DNA of 64,000 nucleotides, from contig OZ245777.1 of NCBI GenBank assembly GCA_965227775.1, positions 2,304,001 to 2,368,000 of the forward strand, in the 5' to 3' direction. Of this stretch, positions 9,444 through 17,815 are shown piece by piece. Positions within the stretch are counted from its first letter, which is position 1; each line of letters opens with the position of its first letter. Origin of the DNA: Phycisphaerales bacterium. Its GTDB lineage: Bacteria > Planctomycetota > Phycisphaerae > Phycisphaerales > UBA1924. The position numbers and the translations under genes were made by a program. The notes below the pieces were generated by a model that did no database searches, was not told where the DNA came from, and saw only the letters and a program-made list of their open reading frames with translations.

Positions 9444-10892
9444 ATGTCGAACCGGACTCAGATGGCAACCGTGGCGGCGATGATCGCCGGCGTGGGGCTC
9501 GCAACTTCTGCGAACGCCCAGGTCGACGTGCGGACCGAGGTGTTCCTGACAGGCCTCGACGAGCCGACCGCCCTGGTGCATGCGCCCGGTGACTACGGAC
9601 GCGTGTTCGTCACCGAGAAGGACGGCCGCATCCGCGTGGTGCGTGATGGGGTCTTGCTTCCGACGCCCTTCCTCGACATCGACCCCCTGATCTCCAGCTT
9701 CGGCGAGCGTGGGCTCATCGGTATCGCCTTCAGCCCTGAGTACGACGATGACGGCTGGTTCTTCGTGCACTATTCCAACAACGCCGGCGACACAACGATC
9801 GCGCGATACTCGGTGTCGGCAACGAATCCCGATGTCGCAGACCCGTCGAGCGGGCAGGTTCTGCTGACGGTCGACCAGCCCTTCACGAACCACAACGGCG
9901 GATGGATCGACTTCGGCCCAAACGATGATTACCTCTACATCGCACTGGGCGACGGCGGAAGCGGCGGCGACCCGGATGGCTATGGCCAACGCCTGAACAC
10001 GCTCCTTGGCAAGATCCTCCGCATCGACGTGCTCGGCGCGCCCGATCCTGGCCTGGAGTACGCCATCCCCGCGGATAATCCGTTCGTTGGCACGGGGAGT
10101 GAGGAAGAGATCTGGGCATTCGGCCTGAGGAACCCGTACCGCAACGACTTCGATCCGGCCACCGGCGATCTGTACATCGCCGACGTCGGGCAACGTTCTC
10201 GCGAAGAGGTGAACTTCCAGCTCGCTGACAGCGCAGGCGGCGAGAACTACGGGTGGAAGTGCCGCGAGGGCGATCTGTGCTTCTCAACTGCCGTGCCTTG
10301 CCCAACGAGCTGCGATGCTTCGGCGTTCGTCGAGCCCGTCGTCACGTACGATCACACGTCGGCCGGTGGATGTTCCATCACGGGTGGCAAGGTCTACCGT
10401 GGCTGCCAGATCGATGGCCTCGCGGGCACGTATTTCTACGCCGACTATTGCTCGAACCGGGTCTGGTCGATCCGCATGGTCGACGGTGTGGTCACCGAGT
10501 TCACGCTACGGACCAGCCAATTCGGTGGCATCAGCAGCATCATTAGCTTTGGCCGCGACGCGTACGGCGAGCTCTACGTGCTGAGCCAGGGCGGCACGAT
10601 CCGCAAGGTCATGCCGGTGGATCCCATCGTCGACTGCGACGGCGATCTGGTGTCGGACGCGTGCGAGATCGCGGTGGGTGCCGAGGCGGACGTCAACGGC
10701 GACGGCATCCCCGACTCGTGCCAGTGCCTGGCCGACATCGATGGTGATGGCGACCTGACGCTGTTCGATTTCCTGGCGTTCCAGAACCTGTTCGATGCGG
10801 GCGATCTGGCCGCCGATTTTGATGGCGACGGCGAGCTCACGCTCTTCGACTTCCTGTCGTTCCAGAACGCGTTCGTCGCGGGCTGCCCTTGA
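9444..10892 (+). CDS. PQQ-dependent sugar dehydrogenase (glucose/sorbosone dehydrogenase family) with C-terminal GC-type dockerin-like domain
   Basis: GAGGAG RBS; signal peptide; ERGLIGIAFSP, NHNGG, GKILRID, GLRNPYR, DVGQ..REEVN, SITGG motifs; ends AGCP. Confidence 0.92.
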   Translation: MSNRTQMATVAAMIAGVGLATSANAQVDVRTEVFLTGLDEPTALVHAPGDYGRVFVTEKDGRIRVVRDGVLLPTPFLDIDPLISSFGERGLIGIAFSPEYDDDGWFFVHYSNNAGDTTIARYSVSATNPDVADPSSGQVLLTVDQPFTNHNGGWIDFGPNDDYLYIALGDGGSGGDPDGYGQRLNTLLGKILRIDVLGAPDPGLEYAIPADNPFVGTGSEEEIWAFGLRNPYRNDFDPATGDLYIADVGQRSREEVNFQLADSAGGENYGWKCREGDLCFSTAVPCPTSCDASAFVEPVVTYDHTSAGGCSITGGKVYRGCQIDGLAGTYFYADYCSNRVWSIRMVDGVVTEFTLRTSQFGGISSIISFGRDAYGELYVLSQGGTIRKVMPVDPIVDCDGDLVSDACEIAVGAEADVNGDGIPDSCQCLADIDGDGDLTLFDFLAFQNLFDAGDLAADFDGDGELTLFDFLSFQNAFVAGCP

Positions 10893-10912
10893 GACGCCGG
10901 TAAGTCGCAGCG

Positions 10913-12571
10913 CTACGCGCTTGCGAGCTGGGCGCTTGCCTGGGCGAGCACTTCGGCCGCGATCATCTCGGGGTTGTAGCCCGCGGGCATGAGCACGAAG
11001 GGTACCGAAGCTTGGCGAGCAAGTTCTCGGGCTCGCTCGGCATGCTCGTGCCCGGTCAGCTTGATAAGCACGACGACGAGCCTGGTGCGGGGGCTGGAAA
11101 TCGGCGCCCGCATCGGCTCGGCCGATCCGTGCTGGCTCAGTTCTGGCCACACGACCGCCTCAAGCCCGAACGCGTCGGTCATGCGTTCGATCGCGTCGCG
11201 GCGGGGCTCGCCGCCGATCACGACCAGCTGGTGTCCCTTCAGCAACTCGCGGACCTCGAGCACACGCTGGCTCCAGGCACGCTCACGCGAGTCGCCGTTA
11301 CTGGCTTGCTCGGACTCTCCGCTCGAGCGCGATCGTTCCAGGCGCTCGGCCGCGGATCGAAGCCTCGCGTGCGGCGTCACGCAGTCGGCAAACATCATGG
11401 GTTGCACGACGGTCGCGATCTGCTGAAGCAGCGCATCGAGATTCCCCGGCGCAGTTTCGACGAGTTCATCGATGACGCCGTTGATCTTCTTGCAGTCGTG
11501 AGCGGGTGGCTCCTCGTCGTACGGCGAAGAGGAGGCCTCGCGGACGCGCTGGGCGTGGTACAGCGCACGCTTCATCAGGCGTTCTGCGGCCTCGGTGCGG
11601 GACCGATCGGTTTCGATCAGTCGCAGCATCTCTCGTGCCCGATCGTGCGCTTCAGCGACGTCGGTGACGGGATCCGCCGGGTCGCTGAGCTGCATGTGGT
11701 TCTTCACGAGAAAACGGTGTTCGGCTGTCACGAGCTTCAGCCAGCGGTGGACCTCGTCTTGGTCGATGTCCGCCTGTGTAAGCCAGGTCTCTGCCAACGC
11801 CACGCGCAGGCCGCTGCTGGTCGTCGCGAGCACCTGCAGAGCCTCGTACACCTGTTCGTCGTCGGGCCACTCGCCGATCGGTTCGATTTCCTGGCAGAGT
11901 TCCGCGGCGTCGGCCATCGCCTCGTAACAGCCTGCTATGAGTCTGAGTTGGGAGTCGCTCGTCGGCACGCCCTTTCGGAAGAACATCCACAAGAAGCAAT
12001 CCGGAATCGAGCGTGCGGTCGCGATCAGCTCGTTCATCCGCTGGCGCGACGCCAGCTCTTCCTCGCTGTCGCGTTGCTGATTCTGTCGCACGACCTGATG
12101 CAGGCACGAATCTGCTTTCAGCCGGCATCGGAGTGCGATGCGTTCAAGATCGATCGACCGCGACGCTGCGGTTTGCTGGAGGTAGTCGTTCGTATCCTCG
12201 TGTCGCAGCACGGTGTCGTGAGCGGCTTTGCGCGCTGCTGCTACGTCCTGCGTCTCGCCGGTCACCGACAACTCGAGCTCGGCGTCACCAATCCGTAGCG
12301 GAACCACCTCGGCAGACCTTGCCCTGTCGAGCGTGGGCGTCGCACCAGTCGTGCGCCCATTCGAGGCGGTTGCACGTGCTTGCGTGCGCGAGGGATGCTG
12401 CGAACTCGCTTGTTCTGCAGGTGAACGTGCGGCTTCGATCGATGAGATCCGTTCCAGCGTCATCTCTGCGAGGCGCTTCGCGAGCGCCCGGAACGCCGGA
12501 GACTTCTCTATGTTCTCATCGAGGAATCGTTCGAGAAGAAACGCCAACGACTCGCGATCCTGAGTACTCAC
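10913..12571 (-). CDS. Hypothetical protein with C-terminal DUF2325-like domain
   Basis: 552-aa ORF; C-terminal LVVIGG...VVVLIKLTGH...ARQASVPF pattern resembles DUF2325. Confidence 0.75.
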   Translation of the reverse strand: MSTQDRESLAFLLERFLDENIEKSPAFRALAKRLAEMTLERISSIEAARSPAEQASSQHPSRTQARATASNGRTTGATPTLDRARSAEVVPLRIGDAELELSVTGETQDVAAARKAAHDTVLRHEDTNDYLQQTAASRSIDLERIALRCRLKADSCLHQVVRQNQQRDSEEELASRQRMNELIATARSIPDCFLWMFFRKGVPTSDSQLRLIAGCYEAMADAAELCQEIEPIGEWPDDEQVYEALQVLATTSSGLRVALAETWLTQADIDQDEVHRWLKLVTAEHRFLVKNHMQLSDPADPVTDVAEAHDRAREMLRLIETDRSRTEAAERLMKRALYHAQRVREASSSPYDEEPPAHDCKKINGVIDELVETAPGNLDALLQQIATVVQPMMFADCVTPHARLRSAAERLERSRSSGESEQASNGDSRERAWSQRVLEVRELLKGHQLVVIGGEPRRDAIERMTDAFGLEAVVWPELSQHGSAEPMRAPISSPRTRLVVVLIKLTGHEHAERARELARQASVPFVLMPAGYNPEMIAAEVLAQASAQLASA

Positions 12572-12588
12572 GGATCACGATAGGCGAG

Positions 12589-13302
12589 TCAAAACGCACG
12601 CTTCGTCGGATTGATCACCATGCCGTCGCGGCCGCAGATGAGAACATCGGCAATCTCGATAGCTTCGGCAAAGGACGACCGTGCCTGCTCGACGTCCGCG
12701 GAATCGTCGAGAACCCGACCTTGAGACAAGTGCTCGCCGTCGGGGACAGCATCCGAGCAGATGAGCAGCGTGTGGCTCGGCAGAGCGACCAGCAGCCCGC
12801 AGAGCCCCGGCGTGGCCCCAGGGAGGGGAAACAGATCCACCTTGTCAGCCAGTCGATCGGGTGCGGCCTTGCAATTGCGTAGCTGTGCGACACGCTCCTT
12901 CAGCGCGTCGAGCGGGTCCGGACTGTCATCATCCAGCCCATGGTTGCCGCCAAGCTCACCGCCCTGCGCCATCCGACGGAGCGTCTCAGCCAGCACCAGG
13001 CCGACGGACTCGCGCTCGGTCTCGTGGATCCACCAGCGTGCGTGATCGAAGAGACGCAGGCCGCGGGTCATGTCGGGCTTGAAGCAGGTCAGGAAAACGT
13101 CGGTGACCGCCGTCGGGCGAATGCCCGCGCGCTCGTGCAGCCGCGCGGCCAGCGCAACCTCGGGCAGACCAGGGTCGACGAGGATGCGCTTATCGCCGAC
13201 GGACAGCAGCACCGTGGTGGCGTGCCCCGTTCGCACGGGCGTGGTTTCGTTCCAGAGCGGATTGGCGGCAAGAGCCCCAAGGCTGATCAGGCGCAGGTCC
13301 AT
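12589..13302 (-). CDS. Metallo-beta-lactamase-fold protein with degenerate metal motif
   Basis: ILVDPG, PGATPG and ICSDAV fit the MBL fold; HxHxDH is replaced by TCFKPDM. Confidence 0.8.
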   Translation of the reverse strand: MDLRLISLGALAANPLWNETTPVRTGHATTVLLSVGDKRILVDPGLPEVALAARLHERAGIRPTAVTDVFLTCFKPDMTRGLRLFDHARWWIHETERESVGLVLAETLRRMAQGGELGGNHGLDDDSPDPLDALKERVAQLRNCKAAPDRLADKVDLFPLPGATPGLCGLLVALPSHTLLICSDAVPDGEHLSQGRVLDDSADVEQARSSFAEAIEIADVLICGRDGMVINPTKRAF

Positions 13303-13321
13303 ATGCGGCGAGGGTATCGCC

Positions 13322-14125
13322 CTATCGCGCCTCGAGCCGGCTGAACGTGACCGTGACCTCGCCCTCGCTATCGGGAAACTCGTGCGACATGCGCCGGATG
13401 AGCAGCGTCGCCTGGTCGAGCCAGAGCGTCGCAGGCCCGTGCGCGATGAGATCGAGTTCGAGCATGATGGTCGGGCTGCCGTTGACGCTCGTCACACCGA
13501 CGATGCGTGCACCCTGGTACTCGTTGCTGGGCCCCCAGGAGTCGCCCGCCAGGATGCGCGGCACGTTGGTCGTAAACACCGTCATGATGTTCTGGAACGG
13601 CACGATCGCCTGTTCGAGTGTCGGGGCTTGGCCATAGGTGCCCGAACGTATTGTCTCGAACCGCCGACCGGCCTTGTGCACCTCGAAGTTCGGCAGCCGC
13701 GATCCGGCCGTGCCGTTGACGTAGAACGAGAAGTCGCCGTCTCGCTCGTAGTAGGTACGGAAGCCGTACTCGTTGCGCCGGCTTGGCTGGATGATGACGA
13801 TGTTGCCCTCGTCGAGATAGACCTCCGCTTCGCCATACGCCATGGCCGAGCGGGTGAGCAACTCCTCGACGCCCATCGAGCCCGTGTAGGGTGACGAGCT
13901 CGTTCCGCCGCCTGCTGGCCCCGACCCACCAGTGGGCGACTCTGCCGGGCTCTCCGGCGGCGGTGGGGGTGCGGGCGGCGGAGCTGCGGGGGGAGCCGGC
14001 GGCGCCGCCACGATCGGAGGCGGCGTGTACGAACCGCCGCTCGAACATCCGGCGGCAACGGCCATCGCACCCGCGCCGATGGCGAGCGGAAGGCCGAGCT
14101 TCAGTGATCGTGCGGTTCGGTTCAT
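13322..14125 (-). CDS. Putative lipoprotein with Pro-rich linker and LolA-like C-terminal fold
   Basis: Lipobox VAAGC; PPPAPPP linker; C-terminal LWLDQATLLIRRM..VTVTF pattern. Confidence 0.75.
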   Translation of the reverse strand: MNRTARSLKLGLPLAIGAGAMAVAAGCSSGGSYTPPPIVAAPPAPPAAPPPAPPPPPESPAESPTGGSGPAGGGTSSSPYTGSMGVEELLTRSAMAYGEAEVYLDEGNIVIIQPSRRNEYGFRTYYERDGDFSFYVNGTAGSRLPNFEVHKAGRRFETIRSGTYGQAPTLEQAIVPFQNIMTVFTTNVPRILAGDSWGPSNEYQGARIVGVTSVNGSPTIMLELDLIAHGPATLWLDQATLLIRRMSHEFPDSEGEVTVTFSRLEAR

Positions 14126-14133
14126 GGGCAAGG

Positions 14134-15330
14134 CTATCGGTCGTGGACGCGGGCGGCTGATCCTCGCTGGCGTTCATGCATCGCTTCGCGGTACACGTGC
14201 TCCAGGCCGGCAACCATCGCCGCTGCGCTGAACTCCCTGCCGGCAATCTCCCTGCCCGTCGCCGCCAGAGCCAGTCGTTCATCGGGCTTCGCGGCCAGAT
14301 GCCTGATCGCCTCTCCCAGGCCCTGCGAGTCACCGGTGGGGATGAGCCAGCCGGTCTGTTTGTGACGGCAGATCTCGGGCGTGCCGTCGCAGTCATACGC
14401 CACCGGGCACACGCCCGCGAGCAGCGCCTGAGTGACGGTCCGGGGCAACCCCTCCCGATAACTCGGGTGCGCCAACACGTCCATCGCGCGCAGCATGCCG
14501 GGTATGTCCCCGGGCGGCACCAGTCCCGTGAAGACCACCCTGCCGTTCAGCCCCATCTCGCTAATGCGCCGCTCGAGGTCTTGTCGCAGGTAGCCGTCGC
14601 CGACCCAGAGCAGCCGCCAGTGGTCCTTACTGCTCAGGTCCTCGCCGAGTGCATCGAGCAGGTCGTCGTGCCCCTTGTCCTGGGCCAGCCGGGCGACGGT
14701 GCCGACCACGAACTCGTGCGGCTCGATGCCCAGCCGTTCGCGAACACCGTCTCGCGTGGGCTGGCTCATCAGGTAGGGCTCGATGTCAACCCCGCTGCGC
14801 ACCGTGGTGTAGAGCGAGGGCGTGCCGATGCCACGCTCGAGGAACTGCCGCGTCATCGCGTCGGCCACGCTCACGACCGCGTCGCAACGCCTCGCGGCCA
14901 GCCTCTCGGCAAACGTGTAGACCGCGTTGGAGATCGGCTTACCCGGCAGGAACGGCGGGCCGTGGATGGTGTGCACCACGGCGGGTTCACACTTCGCGTG
15001 CCACCCGGCGAGCCGCCCGAGGATGCCCGCCTTGGACGAGTGCGTATGGACGATATCGGGCTTGATCGAGTCGATCAGGCCCTTGAGCTCGCGGTACGCC
15101 CGCACGTCGGCGAGCGGACGCACCGGCCTGATGAGATGCGGCACCTCGTGCGTCTCGATCTTGCCGAACGCGCGAACCCGATCCAGCATCGAACCCTCGG
15201 GCCCATAGATCGGTCCATACGCCAGATGCACCTCGTGCCCGAGCTCGGCCTGCCCCTCGCACGAGAGGATCGTGTTCTCCTGGCTTCCGCCGAGGATGAG
15301 GCGGGTGGAGATGTGCAGGATGCGGGTCAC
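14134..15330 (-). CDS. Glycosyltransferase family 4 protein
   Basis: ILHISTRLILGG, PDIVHTHSSKAG, VARL..KGH, PSYREGLP. Overlaps the hisS stop (GTGA). Confidence 0.93.
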   Translation of the reverse strand: MTRILHISTRLILGGSQENTILSCEGQAELGHEVHLAYGPIYGPEGSMLDRVRAFGKIETHEVPHLIRPVRPLADVRAYRELKGLIDSIKPDIVHTHSSKAGILGRLAGWHAKCEPAVVHTIHGPPFLPGKPISNAVYTFAERLAARRCDAVVSVADAMTRQFLERGIGTPSLYTTVRSGVDIEPYLMSQPTRDGVRERLGIEPHEFVVGTVARLAQDKGHDDLLDALGEDLSSKDHWRLLWVGDGYLRQDLERRISEMGLNGRVVFTGLVPPGDIPGMLRAMDVLAHPSYREGLPRTVTQALLAGVCPVAYDCDGTPEICRHKQTGWLIPTGDSQGLGEAIRHLAAKPDERLALAATGREIAGREFSAAAMVAGLEHVYREAMHERQRGSAARVHDR

Positions 15331-16802
15331 GCGAGCCCGTCGGCGATCGCCTTGCCGACGTACGCGTCGCTCGCGGGATCCACGCTGAAGTCGCCGCGGT
15401 CGTGCACGAGCTCCTCACGATTATCGAGGTCCTTGACCTGCACCTTGTCTGCGCCGTGCAGCACGATGGCATACTTCGCGTGCTGCTTCTCGGCGTCGTT
15501 GAGCAGCTTCTTGAGGTTGCGCGTTGTCTTGTACGTCCGCCGCGCGTGCATGGGCCGAACGGCATAGCGATCGGGCGACCAGGGCTTGCCGACAAAACCC
15601 TTGCGCTCAATGCCACGACGGAGGTTGGCCAGCAGTGGTTCGACGAGCGCGTCCTCGTCCTCCGACCCCGCCACCACGAATGCCTCGGGCCGCAGGCTCG
15701 CGCCGGGTCGGCTGAGGGCATCCATCAACTCCGCCCCCGTCGGCATCAACCCCTTGTCATCCAGCAACAACCCCAGCACGACATCGCCCATGCCGAAACC
15801 GACCGCCGGCGTGGGCGGCCCGCCAAAGAGCTCGATGAGGTTGTCGTACCGGCCACCGCCGGCGATCGCGCGCTCACCCTCGGCGATCACCTCGAAGACG
15901 GTGCCGGTGTAGTAGGCAAGGCCGCGGACGATGGAGGCATCAAACCTGCACCACTCGGCGATATTTCGATCCATGCTGTCGAAGTAAATCTCGAATCCGT
16001 CTTCGTCTTCAAACTCAAAGAACACACCTGGCTCACCACTGTCGGGCAGTGGATCCTGCAGGGGATCAGGGTGTATCAGTGAACCAACGCCAGTGCACTC
16101 AGTGAAGTCGCCGGCTGCCTTGTGTAAGTGGACCATGTTGGCAAGCACGCGGTCGGATAGGCCGTGTTCGCGACCAGCTTGCACAAACTCCACTCTCGGC
16201 AGCTTCTGGACTCGATCCAAGAGACTTAGCGCTGTAGGGATGTCGCCCTCGCTAGCGCCGAGTGCGATAAGCCGCCGGACCACAAACTCGCGATTGCTTA
16301 GGTGAGCCTTAACATCTGATCGAGAGAGGCCGCCCGAGACTGTCGCATCGATCAGACAAGCGAGCACATCTGCGGTACCTGTGTTTGAGGTGTCCCCCAA
16401 TACATCCACATTCCACTGCAAGAACTCCCGCAATCTCCCCCGCTGCGGCCGCTCCGCCCGGAAGTACGGCCCGATGCTGAACCACTTCGTCGGGCTGGGC
16501 AGGCTGGCGGCCTTGGCCGCGTACATGCGGGCGAGGGTGGGGGTGAATTCGGGGCGCAGGGCGTAGTCCGCATCGCCGCCCTCGCGCCGGAAGCGGAAGA
16601 GCTCGCTCACGATGCCCTCGCCGCTCTTGCGGGTGTAGAGCTCGAGCATCTCGAAGGTCGGGCCGTTGATCTCCTCGAAGCCGTGGCGGATGGCCGTGTC
16701 TCGCCACAAGCGGGTGATGTAGTTCTGGCGGAGCAGTTGGTCCGGATATAGATCGCGCGTACCCTTCGGAGAGGGGACCGGGCTCGAGGTGGGCTTGGTC
16801 AT
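15327..16802 (-). CDS. hisS: Histidine--tRNA ligase
   Basis: PKGTRD, LRPEFT, FRAERPQRGRLREFLQ (motif 2), IVRGLAYYTG, GGGRYDNL, GFGMG. Confidence 0.96.
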   Translation of the reverse strand: MTKPTSSPVPSPKGTRDLYPDQLLRQNYITRLWRDTAIRHGFEEINGPTFEMLELYTRKSGEGIVSELFRFRREGGDADYALRPEFTPTLARMYAAKAASLPSPTKWFSIGPYFRAERPQRGRLREFLQWNVDVLGDTSNTGTADVLACLIDATVSGGLSRSDVKAHLSNREFVVRRLIALGASEGDIPTALSLLDRVQKLPRVEFVQAGREHGLSDRVLANMVHLHKAAGDFTECTGVGSLIHPDPLQDPLPDSGEPGVFFEFEDEDGFEIYFDSMDRNIAEWCRFDASIVRGLAYYTGTVFEVIAEGERAIAGGGRYDNLIELFGGPPTPAVGFGMGDVVLGLLLDDKGLMPTGAELMDALSRPGASLRPEAFVVAGSEDEDALVEPLLANLRRGIERKGFVGKPWSPDRYAVRPMHARRTYKTTRNLKKLLNDAEKQHAKYAIVLHGADKVQVKDLDNREELVHDRGDFSVDPASDAYVGKAIADGLA

Positions 16803-16905
16803 CGTGAGGGGCTTCCTGAAGCTACAGATACCGGCCCGGCGTACCCGGGGGTGCCGGGTCGAGCCTCTCTCGGATCAGCATAGTGCGAAGGACAGGAGAT
16901 TTTCG

Positions 16906-17478
16906 ATGCGTACGACTCAGACTCTCGCAGTGGCAGCCATCGCCGGCAGCGCGTTCGTGCTCGGTGGCTGCGCGGCCACCGGCCTGACCGAAGACGCCCT
17001 GGCCATCACCAAGGCCGAGGCCCAGGCGACCATCACGCACCTCTCGAAGACCGAGCCCGAGTTCGATGGCCTGGTCAGCAGCAGCCACGCCTGGGCCGTC
17101 TTCCCCGGCGAGTTCAACGGCCTGTGGTACCTGGTCGGCGGCGCCGGCAGCGATGGCCTCGTGTACGACAACTCGGGTGAGGTCCTCGGCTACAGCCGCC
17201 ACGCCCGCATCAACGTCGGCATCGGCGGCATCGGTAGCTACAACGACTTCGTCATCTTCTTCCCCGACGAGGCGTCGCTCGAGAGCTTCCAGAACGGCAG
17301 CTGGTCGCTCGGTGGCGAGGTTGCCGCCGGCGTGCTCGGTCTGGCTGCCAGCGGCCAGACTTCCTTCACCAAGGACGTGACCTTCGTCAGCGACCCGCGC
17401 GCTGCCTGGGGCATCGCGGCCTACTTCACCATCGACAACTTCAGCTACAACGACATCGACGCCGCCATGGCCAACTGA
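16906..17478 (+). CDS. YSC84/SYLF-related lipoprotein
   Basis: AGGAGA RBS; lipobox LGGC; AVFP..G..VGG..G, VIFF..SLESF..GSWSLGGE pattern. Confidence 0.75.
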   Translation: MRTTQTLAVAAIAGSAFVLGGCAATGLTEDALAITKAEAQATITHLSKTEPEFDGLVSSSHAWAVFPGEFNGLWYLVGGAGSDGLVYDNSGEVLGYSRHARINVGIGGIGSYNDFVIFFPDEASLESFQNGSWSLGGEVAAGVLGLAASGQTSFTKDVTFVSDPRAAWGIAAYFTIDNFSYNDIDAAMAN

Positions 17479-17505
17479 TCGCCGAAGCTGATTCGTCTGA
17501 TTCCC

Positions 17506-17536
17506 AACGCCCCGACCTGCAAGGCCGGGGCGTTTT
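17506..17536 (+). terminator. Rho-independent terminator after the lipoprotein gene
   Basis: AACGCCCCG/CGGGGCGTT stem followed by TT(G), 28 nt after the stop codon. Confidence 0.75.
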
Positions 17537-17565
17537 GCGTTGGTGGCCGCGGCGGGCGGGCGACG

Positions 17566-17601
17566 AAAAAGGGGCCAGGTCGCAAGCACGAGTCTGGCCC
17601 C
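17566..17601 (-). terminator. Minus-strand rho-independent terminator with no annotated gene upstream
   Basis: Minus strand GGGGCCAG...CTGGCCCC-TTTTT. Confidence 0.6.
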
Positions 17602-17815
17602 TGAGGGGAGGTATGTACCAGTTGTACGCGGGCGTTCCTGTCGGGTTGCGGGTCGCCGGGCCGGCCGACGCGCCAGCCATGCGCCGACCATGCGAACGAC
17701 GAGCCGCGGCTACCATGCGGCCCAGCAGCAATGCCCGAACCGGTCCCTGCCAGCAGAGACTCTTCGGGCCCGCAAACACGCCCCTGCCAGCCCTCACACG
17801 GAAGACCTGCCGCTC

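Noticed and set aside
13960..14030. G-rich tract as a possible G-quadruplex or repeat
   Set aside because: Explained by the poly-Pro linker codons of the minus-strand lipoprotein.
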